NCBI RefSeq assembly: GCF_032444005.1
Contig: NC_091291.1
Coordinates: forward strand, 80,538,001 to 80,602,000
Origin: Ranitomeya imitator
Taxonomy: Eukaryota
Length of the DNA stretch: 64,000 bases
Direction of reading: 5' to 3'
In this document: in pieces, positions 62,049 through 64,000 of the stretch
How positions within the stretch are numbered: position 1 is the stretch's first letter
How the letters are laid out: each line of letters begins with the position of its first letter
The notes under the pieces: model-generated
Told to the model about the DNA's origin: nothing
The model's input: the letters and a program-made list of their open reading frames with translations, nothing else
Database searches by the model: none
Program-made: the position numbers and the translations under genes

Positions 62049-64000
62049 TAATTCTTACTTATACCGCATGAGGAACAGTGTAAACTATAAATAAAATAAA
62101 TTCTTCACCTGCTGTTGATTTGATCATTCTACCTCCCAAAGATCGCAGAAAGGCTCGGCGCACATTTATCCTGCGCTTTATTCTGAGCGCTGTTTGTCCT
62201 ATGCTCCGGCGGTCTCTGTCTTTAGGATTGCATAAAAGTGCCGTTAGCCACAGTTTTGGGCACCTCTGAGAAGGACAACGCTGAACAGAAGCCAGACGGA
62301 GTCCAGAGTCACTCTGCTACCTCATTATAGTGAAAGGATCTCTTGGGGGTTCCATCTGAATCACATCACTCGGAGATTTAGATCGGAACCCTGAAATAAA
62401 TACTCCGCATAAAGCACCGGATAAATGTGATCCTAATCCACAAAAAAAGCAAGTCCCCATTCAGATCCGTCATCTGTTCACGAATATATAGGGGGCTTCC
62501 ACATTACTGGTAGCACAAAGGTTCTGGAAAAGCGCTATAGCTCCTCGCCCCCCAAAAGAATTTCAGCAAATTTTCCACTCCGAAATTCAAATGCGTCCCT
62601 CCCTTCTGAACCCCAGTGTGCCTAAACCACATTTAGCTTCCACATTGTTGGCATTTCTGTATTGATGAGAGCCCGCCTAATTTACTGGATGTGTGTCTCC
62701 AGAAGCATGAGCTGGCCACAGTGTATGGGCACTACAACGTACTGGTCACTACAATGCAGCCGCACTACTATAGCAGATTTGCAATTTTAACTATGCAACA
62801 TCCACTGCTACTTGTTTCTGGAAAACAATGGAGTCAATATTGTCACTACACCTGTAGATAAATTCCCAAAGGGGTGTAATTTCCATAATGGGGTCACTTG
62901 AGGCTCCGTGTATGGAATTTGCAAACTATTCTACAATAATTTGTTTTCAAGGAGGCAAGTAGCGCTCCGTCCCTCGCGAGTCTTCCTTGTGGCTAAGCAG
63001 TACTGTACAGCCACATATGGGGTATTTTCTTGTTTAGCAGAAATTGTGGGACAAACTGGAGAAATTTTTACCCATTTTCCCTTGTGAAAATATAATATTT
63101 GGGGCTAGAACAAAGTTTTAGGGGTAAATAATAATGTTTTTCTTCACTGCCCAATGGTATAAAATTCTGTGACACACCTGTGGTGTCGATATGATCATTG
63201 CACCCTTAGATGAATTCATGGAGAGGTGTAGTTTGTAAAATGGCATCACTTATGGGGGCTTCACCAGTGAGTCATCGCAACCGCAAACCATAACAGTAAA
63301 ATCTGCACTATAATATGGCACTCCTTGCTTTGTGAAGCTTGCACTGTCCCTGAACAGTAGATCTCAATTCCATGTAGGGTATTGCAGTACTCTGGAGAAA
63401 TTGCACAACAAACCGAGGCCAATTTTTTCCTATAAGTCCTTACAAAAATTAAAAATTTGGTGCTAAAACAACATTTTAGCGGTAAAAATGTAATTATTCT
63501 TTCTTCACCACCCAATGGTATACATTTCTGTTAGGCACATGTGGTGTCAAGAAGCTGACTGCACCAACAGATGAATTCATTGACAGGTGTAGTTTGTGAA
63601 ATGACTTCACTCATAGGGGTTTATGCTGTTCTGGCACCTCAGGGGCTCTGCCAACCTGACATGGCACCTGCAAACCATTCCAGCAAAATCTGAACTCTAA
63701 TATGGTGCTTCTTCCCTTCTGAGCTATGCTCTGTGCCTTAGAAAGTAGTTTTTAACTATATATGGGGTATCTGCGTACTCCGGAGAAATTGCACAACAAA
63801 CTGTATAGTTCATTTTGCATCTGTTACCCTTGTGAAAATGGTTCTATGATATAAACTTCTTTGAAACACTTGGGTGTTCAAGGTGCTCATCACACGTCTA
63901 GCTACAGTCCTTCAGGAGTAAAGTTTCCAAAATGGTGTCACTTGTGGGTAATTTCCACTGTTTAGGCTCATCAGGGTCTCTCCAAACACGATGTGGCATC

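Larger units (their letters stand above)
58050..64000. repeat. Degenerate interspersed repeat, apparently related to the piggyBac-like family at 2079-7066; hosts the L1 and the short Penelope insertion
   Basis: Host sequence is continuous across both TSDs. Recurring GGAGAAATTGCACAACAAA, GGTGTAGTTT..AAATGG and GTCACTT motifs from ~62850 to 64000. Confidence 0.5.

Noticed and set aside
62151-62437. Possible Harbinger-like MITE (CACATTTATCC / GGATAAATGTG)
   Set aside because: Only 11 bp of inverted match, with mismatched termini and no clear TSD.

Overview
Eukaryotic (vertebrate) DNA, most likely a frog; the taxon is inferred from the RNF26 protein and the repeat families. One host gene is recognisable: the intronless RNF26 CDS (10210-11586, +) under a CpG-rich promoter. 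The rest is mostly nested transposons. (1) 12754-32260 is a single 19.5-kb Penelope-like (Neptune-type, RT + GIY-YIG) insertion bounded by a 14-bp target-site duplication. It holds one inverted unit and two head-to-tail 6.3-kb units, forming a palindrome with ~6.5-kb arms. Each unit has an ETS/NRF1/TATA/Inr promoter followed by a minimal type-I hammerhead ribozyme. All three units share a 960-bp piggyBac-like MITE in the ORF and a +1 frameshift. The insertion is the fourth of at least five nested layers that begin ~0.6 kb after the RNF26 stop. (2) 33755-53188 is a tandem segmental duplication made of Tc1/mariner > Helitron > hAT MITE nests with expanded minisatellites. (3) There is a 5'-truncated L1 at 58257-61322. 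(4) 61561-62048 is a 488-bp Penelope-type fold-back insertion, also with a 14-bp TSD. Its zero-spacer hairpin centres on a hammerhead fold with a non-canonical core (CCGUYGA). No rRNA, tRNA or CRISPR arrays are supported. All alignments were done by eye.
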